The notes under the pieces were generated by a model. It did no database searches. It saw only the letters and a program-made list of their open reading frames with translations, and was not told the DNA's origin. Source: an uncultured Bacteroides sp. (GTDB taxonomy: Bacteria; Bacillota; Clostridia; Christensenellales; CAG-917). Taken from it: a stretch of DNA of 64,000 nucleotides. Below, piece after piece: positions 21,138-30,880 of this stretch. Position 1 is the first letter of the stretch. Each line of letters opens with the position of its first letter. The translations under genes were made by a program, and so were the position numbers. The stretch covers positions 5,627-69,626 of the forward strand of contig CAZCKS010000001.1 of assembly GCA_964499325.1 (NCBI GenBank), given 5' to 3'.

Positions 21138-21374
21138 TCAGTACGTTTGGTTAAGTTTGTGCATTTTGGCAAAATAATTAATTTCGCCAACAACAAACGC
21201 TACTCCCGATACCACAAACATCGTAATACCTATGCCGTAGCCCACTGCACCCGGCACGAGGAAGAAAAACGCAAGTCCTATCGAGAGTGCCAAAAACGCC
21301 ACCAATACGAAGAGAATCATCACGTTCATATTGCCTATTTGCGCAACTTTTTTCACAAGATTATTGTCGTCCAT
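21138..21374 (-). CDS. Small membrane protein (2 TM)
   Basis: RBS aaaggagg upstream and two hydrophobic helices. A hairpin plus T-run lies downstream at about 21085-21115. Confidence 0.6.
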   Translation of the reverse strand: MDDNNLVKKVAQIGNMNVMILFVLVAFLALSIGLAFFFLVPGAVGYGIGITMFVVSGVAFVVGEINYFAKMHKLNQTY

Positions 21375-21526
21375 AGTTACCTCCTTTGGTTATACGCATA
21401 GTGTGTTTAAAACAGGGCAAAATATACACCATCTTAAAAATCCGCTCGTCACAACGCAAAAATTTTGCATAAACACCTATCGCACACGCTCGTATAACTA
21501 TTGCTAAAAAAGGCAATAATGTTGCC

Positions 21527-22081
21527 ATGCAGACAAAAAAACAACCTACTAAAAACGACGTTTTATCTAAAAAACAATGCGACAATTCCCTCGATTTTGC
21601 CTCTGTAAACAACCTTCTTTCCGAGGCAAAAAACAGCCGTGACGCAAGACAAATAGTCATAGTGTGCTTTGGCACCAACGCAATATCGGGCGACTCTTTA
21701 GGCCCTATGGTGGGCACTCTGCTTACGCAAAAATACAATATTTCGGCGTTTGTATACGGCACGGAAGATAGCAATGTCAACGGCAAAAATATGGCGCAAT
21801 GGCTGGATTTTATAAAGGCTGTTCACAATGGCGCACTCTTTGTTGCGGTTGACGCGTCGGTAGGCTCAAAGAACAAAATCGGACAAATTATCGTGCGCGA
21901 AGATGGCGTGTGCCCATCTGGCGTAACGGGCAAATCAAAGCGTTTCGGCGACATAGGAATACTGGGAATAGTCGCACAAAGCGGAGGTGACGCGCTTATG
22001 CAATTAATGTGCGTATCGCCACTTGATGTGTCAAAAATGGCAGATAAAATATCGATTATGTTAAATGAAACATTCGGATAA
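21527..22081 (+). CDS. yyaC: Putative sporulation protease YyaC (GPR/hydrogenase-maturation protease-like)
   Basis: IVIVCFGTNAISGDSLGPMVGTLL matches my memory of the YyaC signature (CIGTDR.tGD.LGPLvG). Confidence 0.65.
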   Translation: MQTKKQPTKNDVLSKKQCDNSLDFASVNNLLSEAKNSRDARQIVIVCFGTNAISGDSLGPMVGTLLTQKYNISAFVYGTEDSNVNGKNMAQWLDFIKAVHNGALFVAVDASVGSKNKIGQIIVREDGVCPSGVTGKSKRFGDIGILGIVAQSGGDALMQLMCVSPLDVSKMADKISIMLNETFG

Positions 22082-22285
22082 TTATTTTTATCCGCTGTGA
22101 TTGCATTAGAAAAATGCCGTAAAGACACAATGATTTACCTTGCGTTTTGACGGCATTTTTGTCAATGGTAATATTGATTTTATACTTTTTTATTTTACAA
22201 CGCAGCAAAATGTATTGCATATAAATTTATATTAGGTTATAATATTCTAAAGTAATGCGCATACGCGCTCACACAAGGAGACAAC

Positions 22286-23074
22286 ATGTTTGCTCAAATA
22301 GTATCGGCAAGCGTGCCTTATGCGGATATTGCATTTTTTGCAATCATCTTAATAGGCTTGATATTGGGTGTTATAAGAGGCTTTTCCAAATCTTTCAAAG
22401 GGCTCTTTCTTACCATTGCCATTTTGCTTGCTTCGCTAATGTTGCTCTCCCCGACTTTTGCAAGCGTGAGAGAACTGGATATGTTCCAGCAGATGGAATC
22501 TTCCATTACTGACAGCGTCGAAGACAAGACGGACCTCTTCTCCAAGCCCATTTACATGGTGACCGACGCAGAAAGCGGAGATGTTGTATATTATGTTGAT
22601 GTTCAACTTGACGACGGCTCAACTCAAAGAGTCTCGCTTGACGACGGCATAGATATGGGCAATATCGATTCGCTCAAAGCAAAACTTGCTCTGTGGCTTG
22701 CAGAGAGATTTATCACGGAAGACGGTCAAACATTGGGCGCGGTCGCAGGCACGTTTATATCCGATTGTATTGTCGCAGTGATAATGTTTATAGTTTATTG
22801 TCTTGCGCTGTGGCTAATATGCTGGGTATTGCGCAAAATCTTTGCAGGAATGCGCAAGTCGGAGAGCAGAACGCTCAAGGCAATCGACAGAATAGCAGGA
22901 ACAATCGTGTCCGGCGCATTTGCGTGCATTTTTGCGCTTTTAGTGCTGGCAATATTGTATGCGTTGAGGGATAATATAGGCTCGCTTAACGACACTTTGG
23001 CAAATTCGGCAATTTGCGGACCGTTGTATGAAAACAACCCCATATCCATTCTCTTCAAACAAATCTTTGGATAA
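22286..23074 (+). CDS. CvpA-family membrane protein with an inserted soluble segment
   Basis: N-terminus DIAFFAIILIGLILGVIRGFSKSFKGLF... and four or more TM segments. Confidence 0.5.
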   Translation: MFAQIVSASVPYADIAFFAIILIGLILGVIRGFSKSFKGLFLTIAILLASLMLLSPTFASVRELDMFQQMESSITDSVEDKTDLFSKPIYMVTDAESGDVVYYVDVQLDDGSTQRVSLDDGIDMGNIDSLKAKLALWLAERFITEDGQTLGAVAGTFISDCIVAVIMFIVYCLALWLICWVLRKIFAGMRKSESRTLKAIDRIAGTIVSGAFACIFALLVLAILYALRDNIGSLNDTLANSAICGPLYENNPISILFKQIFG

Positions 23075-23130
23075 AAACACATCTCGCGCCCTTATCAGGC
23101 GCGAATTTTATATTAAATAGGAAGTGAAAT

Positions 23131-26100
23131 ATGAGAGTACTTCGCGGAACATTAACTTTCATTCTGGGTATGATTATCGGTATCATACTTTTTGTTATCG
23201 CCATCGGTGGCGCCGTATACATAGTCGGCACGCAAGTTTCGGTGGGAGAATTGCAAGGGAAATTTACCGAAGACGAAATAATATCCTCCGATAGCCAACT
23301 TTACAATAAAAGTATATGGGAGACAATATTGCAAGTGGTGGGCGACGTCAAAAATCTCGACGCTCTGACTATGCAAGGGCTTTATGACACTTATGGCATA
23401 AGCATTTTTAAGGGGTTCGGCGATATAGATTTCACATCGAAAGAATTTTACGATATGCCGATAAAAGAAGTGTTTGACGACATGTCGGTTGTCATCGATT
23501 CCTTCACGCTTCAGGAAATCGGCTCCTTTGCCAACTTGGAATTCCCCGATCTTCCCATCATTCAAGACAATCTCGAAGTCGGCATGAAGACGGCAATCGA
23601 AAACATAATGAATTCGATTGACGGCAATATGACCGTGCGTGACATAAGCACTAAATTCGGCATCGATATAGGCGTTGAGGCAAACAAGATAATCGAGGCA
23701 TTGCAAGACGCCTCCCTCTCCTCATTCGGCGACGTAGTCAACGCAATGCGCCTTGACAAACTTATGGAAACGGATACGGACACTTTTGTGCTTAACGGCG
23801 TAAACGACGTATATGTAAAACTCGATACAAACGTGTATGAAAAAGTGAGCGACACCGACCTTGCCAATGCGGAATATGTACCTAACAAAGGAGTTGAAAC
23901 ATTCATTTACAGCGCAAGCGATAGCGATGGAAACGGCACTTGCGATACGCTTATCGAAAAAGAATTGCGTTATGTCAAAAAGACCGTAACAGACAGCGAA
24001 ACGGGTGTAGAAAGCACAAAATACGTTGTGGATAATTCTTGCTATAGCGAAGATTTTACTGTTGAAAACAACGAGAAAGAATATTATCGCCACGTGCTTT
24101 ATGCAAAAAACAACGGCACTTATACCGTACTTGATCCGCAATATTTCGTGCTTTCGTATGCAAATCGCATTGCAAGCATAGACGGCACATCATATACCTT
24201 GGTGGAAAAGGGATTCTTCCCTCTCAACAACATCTACACTTCTACAACTTCCGTCGGCGCTACGATAAATGCAGGCGTTGCATCCTTTAATATGAGCGAT
24301 TATACCACGTTGTATATTGCAAATAAAGACGGAAGCGCAAGCGAAAATCTCGCAACCCACTACCAAATCACTGATACAACCATAACCAAAGACAGCCGTC
24401 TTGAAGAAAGTAAATCGAGCAACGGAGATTATATAAGAGTATATAAAGGCGAATCGTCAGAAATACTGCAACTTGTCGCATACATGACAGTTGCCCAACT
24501 CCAAGAGGCGGACGATTTACTCGATTCAATCAAGATAGGCGATGTTGTGGACACCGATGCCGAGGATTGCGCAAAAATCCTCAAAACGCTCAAGGACAGC
24601 AAATTAAGCGACGTCGGAAACAAAGTAAACAATCTTACAATCTCTCAAATGATTGACATCAAGCATGACCGTTATACTCAAAACGACAACGGAAAATACG
24701 TGCTTACTTGGGAAAAGGATGCAGATAACCATACGATTTACGTTGACTTTGATGGCGACAACGTAAACAACCAATACTTTACGCGCTATTCTTATGACGG
24801 CAACAACTACACAACCGATAACACGGGCGACTATATGCCTGCATACTACTTCACTCTTTACAATCCCGCATTGCACGAAGGATTGACAAGGTTTGACTTG
24901 GATACGAAAAATGTAGTAGAAAACGCATCGTCAAAGGTGCTCCAACGTCTTGCGTACTTTAAACTGGACAGTTTCTCCGACTCCTTCAATTCGCTCACCT
25001 TGGGCGAGGTTATGGATATAGACATTGACATCCTCTCCCCCGCTACAGGTAGCGAAACGGGCGCAACATACTACTATGATATGGTAAAATCGCTTTATAT
25101 GCGCATAACGGACGCAAATAAAGACAGCCACAACAATGACATCAAATATTATGTATCGGTTGAAGGCAAGGACGCATCCGTGCTTAAACGCCTTGCTTAC
25201 GTCAAAGTCAACGATATGTCGGACGCAATGGACGCAATAATGAAAGATATGCTTCTTGGCGAACTTGTGGACATATATGATGACTATGCCGTTGAAGAAA
25301 ATACATCTTTCACCCTTTCAGACTACAATGCAACAACCGATAGGTTCTTTATAGAAGACACCGATGGCGACGGATATGTATTTGCATACAACTCTGAAGG
25401 CAAATACACAAGTGGTAATTGGTACATGCAAGCATATACGCAAGAGGAACTTGACGCCCTCAAAAACACCACAAGCAGTTACTCTTATGTCGCAGTTGAC
25501 AGCAGTAACGAAACAACCGCGTTTGCAGGCTACAACGTGTACTACAAAGGCACCAAAAACGGTGCAACCGTGTACGAGAACAATATTCCGCTTTGCATTT
25601 ATCAACTCACAAGCGGTGCAACGCTTGAAAATCTCGGCAAAAACTACAACAATTTGTACACTCGCACCGACTCGACGAACGGAGAAAACGTAACGGCATA
25701 TAACACTTATACCTCAAACAATATGTACGTGCTTATAAACGGTGCTTACATTGCATACAATCCCTCAAACCTCGCACACGCAAACCAAACGTACTATAAA
25801 AAGATTGACGGCGATTGTATCATCCCCATCTCGCACGCAAGTCTTCTTACGAACGAAAGCACATACGAATCTCCGTTTACAGGCGAAACCGTACTTTATT
25901 CCAAGCACACTTGCGAGGACGTGTATTTCAAGACAACAGATAAGGGAGCGAGCGATTTATACGTGTATATCAACGGTCAATACGTAAGTTACGATAAAAC
26001 CGTGCATACAGACAGCGAATTGTTTGTCAAAAAGAACGGATACGTTGCGACAATCAACGAAACTTATCTCACAACTGGCTCAAGTGAAAATCCTCAATAC

Positions 26101-26514
26101 TCGTCCACGTCGGTCATTACTGCAAGCGGACAAAACGTCATCAATGTAACGCTCATCCGTGAAAAGAGTCATGCCGTATTGCGCATGCTCAATAAAAAAC
26201 AAGTAACCATAGACGGTATTAACGGCGCAATACAATCCGCAACGATTGCAGACATAATGGATTTGGATGAATCTTCCCTTTTCTACCGTTTTAAAGACGC
26301 TACGCTTGACAACCTCAACGACACGGTAGAGCAAGAACTTAAAGATATGAGTATAGGCGAATTGCTTGAATTTACCAATATTACCGAAGTAAACCCGACA
26401 GTCAAAGAAGCGCTTAAAGACGTGCTTATGACCAACTTCTTTAAGAGCCTCGAATATAGCATGACAAAGGGCATTTATGTCAATATGTCCAAAGCCTGCG
26501 GATTTGAAGACTGA
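23131..26514 (+). CDS. Large (1127 aa) N-terminally membrane-anchored protein, unknown function, with recurring ~30-aa motif
   Basis: Single N-terminal TM segment. Repeated L(K/Q)RLAY(V/F)K(V/L)...(L/I)(T/L)LGE(L/V)(M/V)DI-like strings at several positions. Confidence 0.8.
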   Translation: MRVLRGTLTFILGMIIGIILFVIAIGGAVYIVGTQVSVGELQGKFTEDEIISSDSQLYNKSIWETILQVVGDVKNLDALTMQGLYDTYGISIFKGFGDIDFTSKEFYDMPIKEVFDDMSVVIDSFTLQEIGSFANLEFPDLPIIQDNLEVGMKTAIENIMNSIDGNMTVRDISTKFGIDIGVEANKIIEALQDASLSSFGDVVNAMRLDKLMETDTDTFVLNGVNDVYVKLDTNVYEKVSDTDLANAEYVPNKGVETFIYSASDSDGNGTCDTLIEKELRYVKKTVTDSETGVESTKYVVDNSCYSEDFTVENNEKEYYRHVLYAKNNGTYTVLDPQYFVLSYANRIASIDGTSYTLVEKGFFPLNNIYTSTTSVGATINAGVASFNMSDYTTLYIANKDGSASENLATHYQITDTTITKDSRLEESKSSNGDYIRVYKGESSEILQLVAYMTVAQLQEADDLLDSIKIGDVVDTDAEDCAKILKTLKDSKLSDVGNKVNNLTISQMIDIKHDRYTQNDNGKYVLTWEKDADNHTIYVDFDGDNVNNQYFTRYSYDGNNYTTDNTGDYMPAYYFTLYNPALHEGLTRFDLDTKNVVENASSKVLQRLAYFKLDSFSDSFNSLTLGEVMDIDIDILSPATGSETGATYYYDMVKSLYMRITDANKDSHNNDIKYYVSVEGKDASVLKRLAYVKVNDMSDAMDAIMKDMLLGELVDIYDDYAVEENTSFTLSDYNATTDRFFIEDTDGDGYVFAYNSEGKYTSGNWYMQAYTQEELDALKNTTSSYSYVAVDSSNETTAFAGYNVYYKGTKNGATVYENNIPLCIYQLTSGATLENLGKNYNNLYTRTDSTNGENVTAYNTYTSNNMYVLINGAYIAYNPSNLAHANQTYYKKIDGDCIIPISHASLLTNESTYESPFTGETVLYSKHTCEDVYFKTTDKGASDLYVYINGQYVSYDKTVHTDSELFVKKNGYVATINETYLTTGSSENPQYSSTSVITASGQNVINVTLIREKSHAVLRMLNKKQVTIDGINGAIQSATIADIMDLDESSLFYRFKDATLDNLNDTVEQELKDMSIGELLEFTNITEVNPTVKEALKDVLMTNFFKSLEYSMTKGIYVNMSKACGFED

Positions 26515-26530
26515 TAGTATTTAATACAAA

Positions 26531-26566
26531 CAAAAATCCACCGATTCATTCGGTGGATTTTTATTT
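26531..26566. terminator. Bidirectional intrinsic terminator
   Basis: aaaaatccaccga ttcatt cggtggattttt. Confidence 0.8.
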
Positions 26567-26619
26567 TATTTGTTACAAAACACAGTTTGTTTTGCGGTTT
26601 TTATTGCATAAACCGTTGT

Positions 26620-28512
26620 TTATGCGTTTTCGGATAATTCAAGCCATTCTTCTTCAAGGGGTGCCAGTTTGTCATTTAGTGCACTTATTTCTTCCTCGAT
26701 TTGTGCGATTTTGGCATAATCGCTATACACGCTACTATCGTTGTGCATTGTGTTTTCAAGAGAGGAAATCTGCTCTTCGAGCACACTCATCTTCTCTTCG
26801 AGAAAACTCATTCTGTGCGCTCTGCGTGCTTGTTCTTTGCTTTGAGATATAGGCCTTTCTTTCTTCTTGGAAGCGGTGCTTACACTCGACGTATCGAGAA
26901 TATCTTCACCCTCTTTTTCATTTTCGTAATCGCTATATTTGCCCTCGTACAATCTTACTTTTCCGCCCTCAAAAATAATGAGCCTATCACACACTCTGTT
27001 GATAAAATATCTGTCGTGCGAGACGGTTACAAGAGTGCCCGTGTAGTCGCAAAGCAATTTTTCAAGCGTCTCTTTGCCAACGATATCCATGTGATTTGTA
27101 GGCTCGTCAAGGATAAGCATGTTTGGCTTTTTTCGCAATATTTTGCATAGCGCAAGGCGCACTTTCTCACCGCCCGACAAGTCGCATATACGCTTGAAAA
27201 CGTCATCGCCGTGAAATTGGAATGCCCCCAGTGCACCTCTTGCCTCAGTATTATCAAGCATCGGAAACTCGTTTTGAAAATCCTCTAGCACACTACACTC
27301 CGCAAAACTTTGCGTAAGCGTTTGGTCAAAATATCCCACTTGCGAATGCAAGCCGAAAATCGCGTGCCCGTCAATAGGTTTGAGAATGTGCATAATCGTT
27401 TTAAGTAGCGTTGACTTGCCTGTGCCGTTGTTGCCGACTACGCCCACCTTTTGCCCACGTTTTATAACGGCGTCTATCTCTCCAAGCGGTTTGTCATAAC
27501 CAAAGGACAATTTTTCAAGCACGATTGCCTTTTCAACCGTCTCTCTTTCGGGTTGAAAACTTCCTCTAAACGTAGCCGTATTAAAGGGGTTGGGGGCGCT
27601 TGGATCTCCCATTCTTTCTATTTGTTTTATTTTGGATTGCGCCATTGCTGCTTTGTTTGCCTTATAGCGGAATCTTTCTACAAGCGCAGACAACCTTTCA
27701 ATCTCCTTTTTACGCATCATAGAATCTTTGAGCGCCTTGTCATACGCTTGCTGTTTTTGCGCCATAAAAGAGGTGTAATTACCATAGTATCGCTTTGTCT
27801 CGCCATATTCTATCTCGTATACGACACCAACGATTTTGTCCAAAAACATACGATCGTGCGATACGATTACGCAAGATTTTTTGTAGGAACAAAGATATTT
27901 TTCAAGCCATTCGATAGCGTCCAAATCGAGGTGATTTGTCGGCTCGTCAAGCAATAATACGTCGGGCTTGGACAATAAAAGTTTGAGAAGCGCAATCTTG
28001 GTACGCTGTCCTCCCGAAAAGGTGTTGAGTGTCTTTTTGAGGTCGTCCTCGTTAAAGCCGAATTTATGCACGGCAGTGAGATATTCCTTTTTATAAGTAT
28101 ATCCGCCCTCTCTTTCAAATTTTTCGCAAAGCGACGAATATCTGCGCACGTTTTGCTCGCTTGCATCATTTTGCAAGTTTTCAAGCGCAATTTCCATATC
28201 CTTTTCGATACCCAAAAGATATGAGTATGCGTCCTCTATCTCTTCAAGCATTGTCTTGCCCAAAGCGTCATTGCTTGTCTGCTTCAAAAATCCAACTTGC
28301 GGATTTCCGCTTGTAAAAACACCGTATGGCTCGTTGCCGTTGCCCTTTGTAGGCTCTATTTCGCCCGTCAACACTTTAAGCAGAGTGGTTTTGCCCGAAC
28401 CGTTGCGCCCTACAAGCGCAATTTTTTCCTTGTCGTGCACGACAAAATTCGCCTCTGTAAGCACAGGCGTTCCGTCAAATTCTACCGCTACGTTGACAAG
28501 ATTGATTTGCAT
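26620..28512 (-). CDS. ABC-F family ATPase (tandem ABC domains, coiled-coil tail, no TM)
   Basis: Two Walker A motifs (GRNGSGKTT, GNNGTGKST) and two signature motifs (FSGGQRTK, LSGGEKVR). Confidence 0.9.
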   Translation of the reverse strand: MQINLVNVAVEFDGTPVLTEANFVVHDKEKIALVGRNGSGKTTLLKVLTGEIEPTKGNGNEPYGVFTSGNPQVGFLKQTSNDALGKTMLEEIEDAYSYLLGIEKDMEIALENLQNDASEQNVRRYSSLCEKFEREGGYTYKKEYLTAVHKFGFNEDDLKKTLNTFSGGQRTKIALLKLLLSKPDVLLLDEPTNHLDLDAIEWLEKYLCSYKKSCVIVSHDRMFLDKIVGVVYEIEYGETKRYYGNYTSFMAQKQQAYDKALKDSMMRKKEIERLSALVERFRYKANKAAMAQSKIKQIERMGDPSAPNPFNTATFRGSFQPERETVEKAIVLEKLSFGYDKPLGEIDAVIKRGQKVGVVGNNGTGKSTLLKTIMHILKPIDGHAIFGLHSQVGYFDQTLTQSFAECSVLEDFQNEFPMLDNTEARGALGAFQFHGDDVFKRICDLSGGEKVRLALCKILRKKPNMLILDEPTNHMDIVGKETLEKLLCDYTGTLVTVSHDRYFINRVCDRLIIFEGGKVRLYEGKYSDYENEKEGEDILDTSSVSTASKKKERPISQSKEQARRAHRMSFLEEKMSVLEEQISSLENTMHNDSSVYSDYAKIAQIEEEISALNDKLAPLEEEWLELSENA

Positions 28513-28654
28513 ACCTCGATTTTAGCCTATTTTAAAGGATAAGTCCACAAAATAACCAAAGCAAAACAATATAGATGTAAATTGACAATATGTCTATCTA
28601 TGCTATAATTATCTTAATTTGGGGGATGTATTGCCCATACATTAGGAGGTCTAT

Positions 28655-28939
28655 ATGACAGATATAGAAAAACAAGAGATAGCAAAATTGCCGGAAAAAT
28701 ATCGCCCACTAACAGCATGGGGATATTTCGGATATAACATACTTTTTTCAATACCGCTTGTCGGCTTTATTTGCATGATAGTGTTTGCGTGCAGTTCAAG
28801 CAATATTCCTCGCAGAAGTTTTGCGCGCTCGTTCTTCTGTGTGTATATTGTTATCGCAATCGTTATTGTAATCGCAATATTCGCTTTCGGCGGTATATCT
28901 TCAATCCTCGCACTCATTTCGGATTTAATGCAAAGATAA
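28655..28939 (+). CDS. Small membrane protein
   Basis: RBS aggagg upstream, two TM helices, and a terminator (aataatgcg...cgcattatt plus T-run) downstream. Confidence 0.6.
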   Translation: MTDIEKQEIAKLPEKYRPLTAWGYFGYNILFSIPLVGFICMIVFACSSSNIPRRSFARSFFCVYIVIAIVIVIAIFAFGGISSILALISDLMQR

Positions 28940-29132
28940 ACTATAACGATCAATAAGAAATATCAAAAAATAATGCGTAAACCCCGCATTATTTTTTATT
29001 GTGTGAAAAACACATCCGCATAATAGCGAAGGATTGAAAATTTATTTTCTGTATCCAAGCGTCCACTTCAAAAGAAGTGTCGTGGCACGCAGTGCCGACG
29101 GGCGAAACTTCGCGCGTCTGGGGTCTGTCCCC

Positions 29133-29246
29133 TCGGCGCAAATTAAAAACGGATACACAAGTATCCGTTTTTGGCGCCTTGCATTTCGGGACGCCTCATC
29201 GGCGCAAATTTAAAAACGGATACACAAGTATCCGTTTTTGGCGCCT
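29133..29246. repeat. Tandem direct repeat (47 and 48 bp, one indel) of the tRNA-Asn 3' end plus its terminator hairpin
   Basis: 29133..29179 and 29199..29246 both read tcggcgcaaatt(t)aaaaacggatacacaagtatccgtttttggcgcct. The second copy overlaps the last 8 nt of tRNA-Asn. Confidence 0.85.
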
Positions 29247-29314
29247 GTTGAGGGACTCGGACCCCCGACACTTCGGTTAACAGCCGAATGCTCTACCGAC
29301 TGAGCTAAACAGGC
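29239..29314 (-). tRNA. tRNA-Asn (anticodon GUU), CCA encoded
   Basis: Hand-folded cloverleaf: acceptor GCCTGTT/AACAGGC, anticodon loop CTGTTAA. Caveat: the T-loop reads TCCGAGT, so C sits where the near-invariant U55 is expected. Confidence 0.8.
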
Positions 29315-29565
29315 ATTTGTTTCTTAATGCTTGTTTATAATAATCTTATTCGTGAAGTTTGTCAAGAATTTTTAGCAATATGCGAGTGAAAAAATAATTT
29401 GTTTGTTTTAAAGGCGCATTTAGATATCCAAATATAGTTTATCGTTGTTTTTGAACAGACATTGATGTAATTCTATATATCGATGCATATATAAGTTTCA
29501 TTTAATCGCCATAGATGTTTGCAAAAGCATTGAATTTTATAAAATGAGTGGTATAATATTAACCT

Positions 29566-30573
29566 ATGAGCGACGTTATTCTTGACGCATTGGTGGATAG
29601 CGCAAAGATACTTGCAGTGGTAGTTGTATTTCAATTTCTCATCGCTTTTATCGAGCCTAAACTATCCGAAAAAATAAAACTAAAAGGTTCACTCGCACCG
29701 CTTATAGGCGTGAGCGTTTCGCTATTGCCTCAATGCGGGTTTAGTATTGTTGCCACCGATTTATATCAAAAAAAACACCTAACTCTCGGCACTTTGATAG
29801 GTGTATACCTTGCAACAAGTGACGAGGCATTGCCTATATTTCTTGCAAATCCCGATAAAGCGTTGCATGTATTGCCGTTGATTGGTTTGAAATTTGTATT
29901 AGGTCTCGTTTTTGGCTATCTAATCGACTTAATTCTTACAAAAAGCAGAAAAAAAGTTGAACATCACATCGAGCATTGCGATGAACAATACAAGATTCGT
30001 CTAACTGATTGCGACGGCGCAGAGCAAGTTCCCGTCTCTGAAGAAGAACATGTTGAACATTGCGATTGCGACGATTGTAAAGAAAACGAACATCATGACG
30101 AAAACACCAAAAAATCGCAAGATACCAATGATAAAAAGGTAAAAACACCAAAAGAAGAGAAACTTGACAAATATCTCTTCCATCCTCTCAAACACTCACT
30201 TGAGATTTTTGGATATGTATTTGTGGTAAATGTGATTTTGGGTGTGATTATGTACCGCATTGGCGAAGAAACTTTGGTTGAATTTCTTTCAACAAACAAA
30301 TATCTTGCGCCACTCTTTGCGGTTATTGTAGGTGCGATTCCCAACTGTGTATCTTCTGTCGTATTGAGCGAATTGTACATTATGGGCGGTCTGGGTTTTG
30401 GCGCCACGCTCGGTGGATTATGTATGAATGCAGGGCTTGGATTTATATATCTTTTCAAGGACGTAAAGCATACAAAGCGCAATCTTGCGATATTCGCGCT
30501 TATGTTTGTGATAAGCATTGCGATAGCGTATCTGTTTTCTTGGATATTCTCCTTTGATGTACTGCCCTTTTAA
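29566..30573 (+). CDS. Putative metal-ion permease of the ArsP_2 / 'putative manganese transporter' type, with a His/Cys/acid-rich central loop
   Basis: Duplicated halves carry PQCGFS and IPNCVSSV. Loop reads EHHIEHCDEQ...EEEHVEHCDCDDCKENEHHDEN. Confidence 0.55.
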   Translation: MSDVILDALVDSAKILAVVVVFQFLIAFIEPKLSEKIKLKGSLAPLIGVSVSLLPQCGFSIVATDLYQKKHLTLGTLIGVYLATSDEALPIFLANPDKALHVLPLIGLKFVLGLVFGYLIDLILTKSRKKVEHHIEHCDEQYKIRLTDCDGAEQVPVSEEEHVEHCDCDDCKENEHHDENTKKSQDTNDKKVKTPKEEKLDKYLFHPLKHSLEIFGYVFVVNVILGVIMYRIGEETLVEFLSTNKYLAPLFAVIVGAIPNCVSSVVLSELYIMGGLGFGATLGGLCMNAGLGFIYLFKDVKHTKRNLAIFALMFVISIAIAYLFSWIFSFDVLPF

Positions 30574-30719
30574 TTGCGTTTGACTAAATCAAAAGCATAT
30601 TCGATACCTTGATGTTTTACATAATAATCAAAATTCTTGCATGATGAATATGTATTAGAAAACATACGTATATCCAAAAAAAACGTGATAATCGACATAC
30701 TAAATACGCTTTTAGATGC

Positions 30720-30880
30720 AGTTGTTGACAACCTACCGTAATTGTTGATAACAAGTTGATTGTTTTGCACTTTTTGTCAACAATTATACACATAGATTTT
30801 TGCAAGATATTGCGGTTTTCAAATCACAATATAAGCATACTTTGTGGTTTAGATTTTATTTTCCACTTGTCAACATTGCT
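30720..30880. promoter_or_regulatory. Cluster of DnaA-box-like 9-mers followed by an A+T-rich tract upstream of dnaN (candidate oriC half / dnaN regulatory region)
   Basis: Compared with TTATCCACA. One mismatch: 30743-30751 (tgttgataa, complement) and 30784-30792 (ttatacaca). Two mismatches: 30723-30731, 30774-30782, 30843-30851, 30859-30867, 30867-30875. The tract 30876-30936 is almost pure A/T. Confidence 0.45.

Noticed and set aside
29077-29280. 67-aa ORF MSWHAVPTGE...
   Set aside because: It overlaps tRNA-Asn and the duplicated terminators. It is explained by the RNA and repeat features.
30578-30586. gtttgacta, identical to the first 9 nt of the CRISPR repeat, just after the permease gene
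   Set aside because: Only 9 nt match, which is expected about once by chance in this much sequence. There is no adjacent repeat-like sequence.
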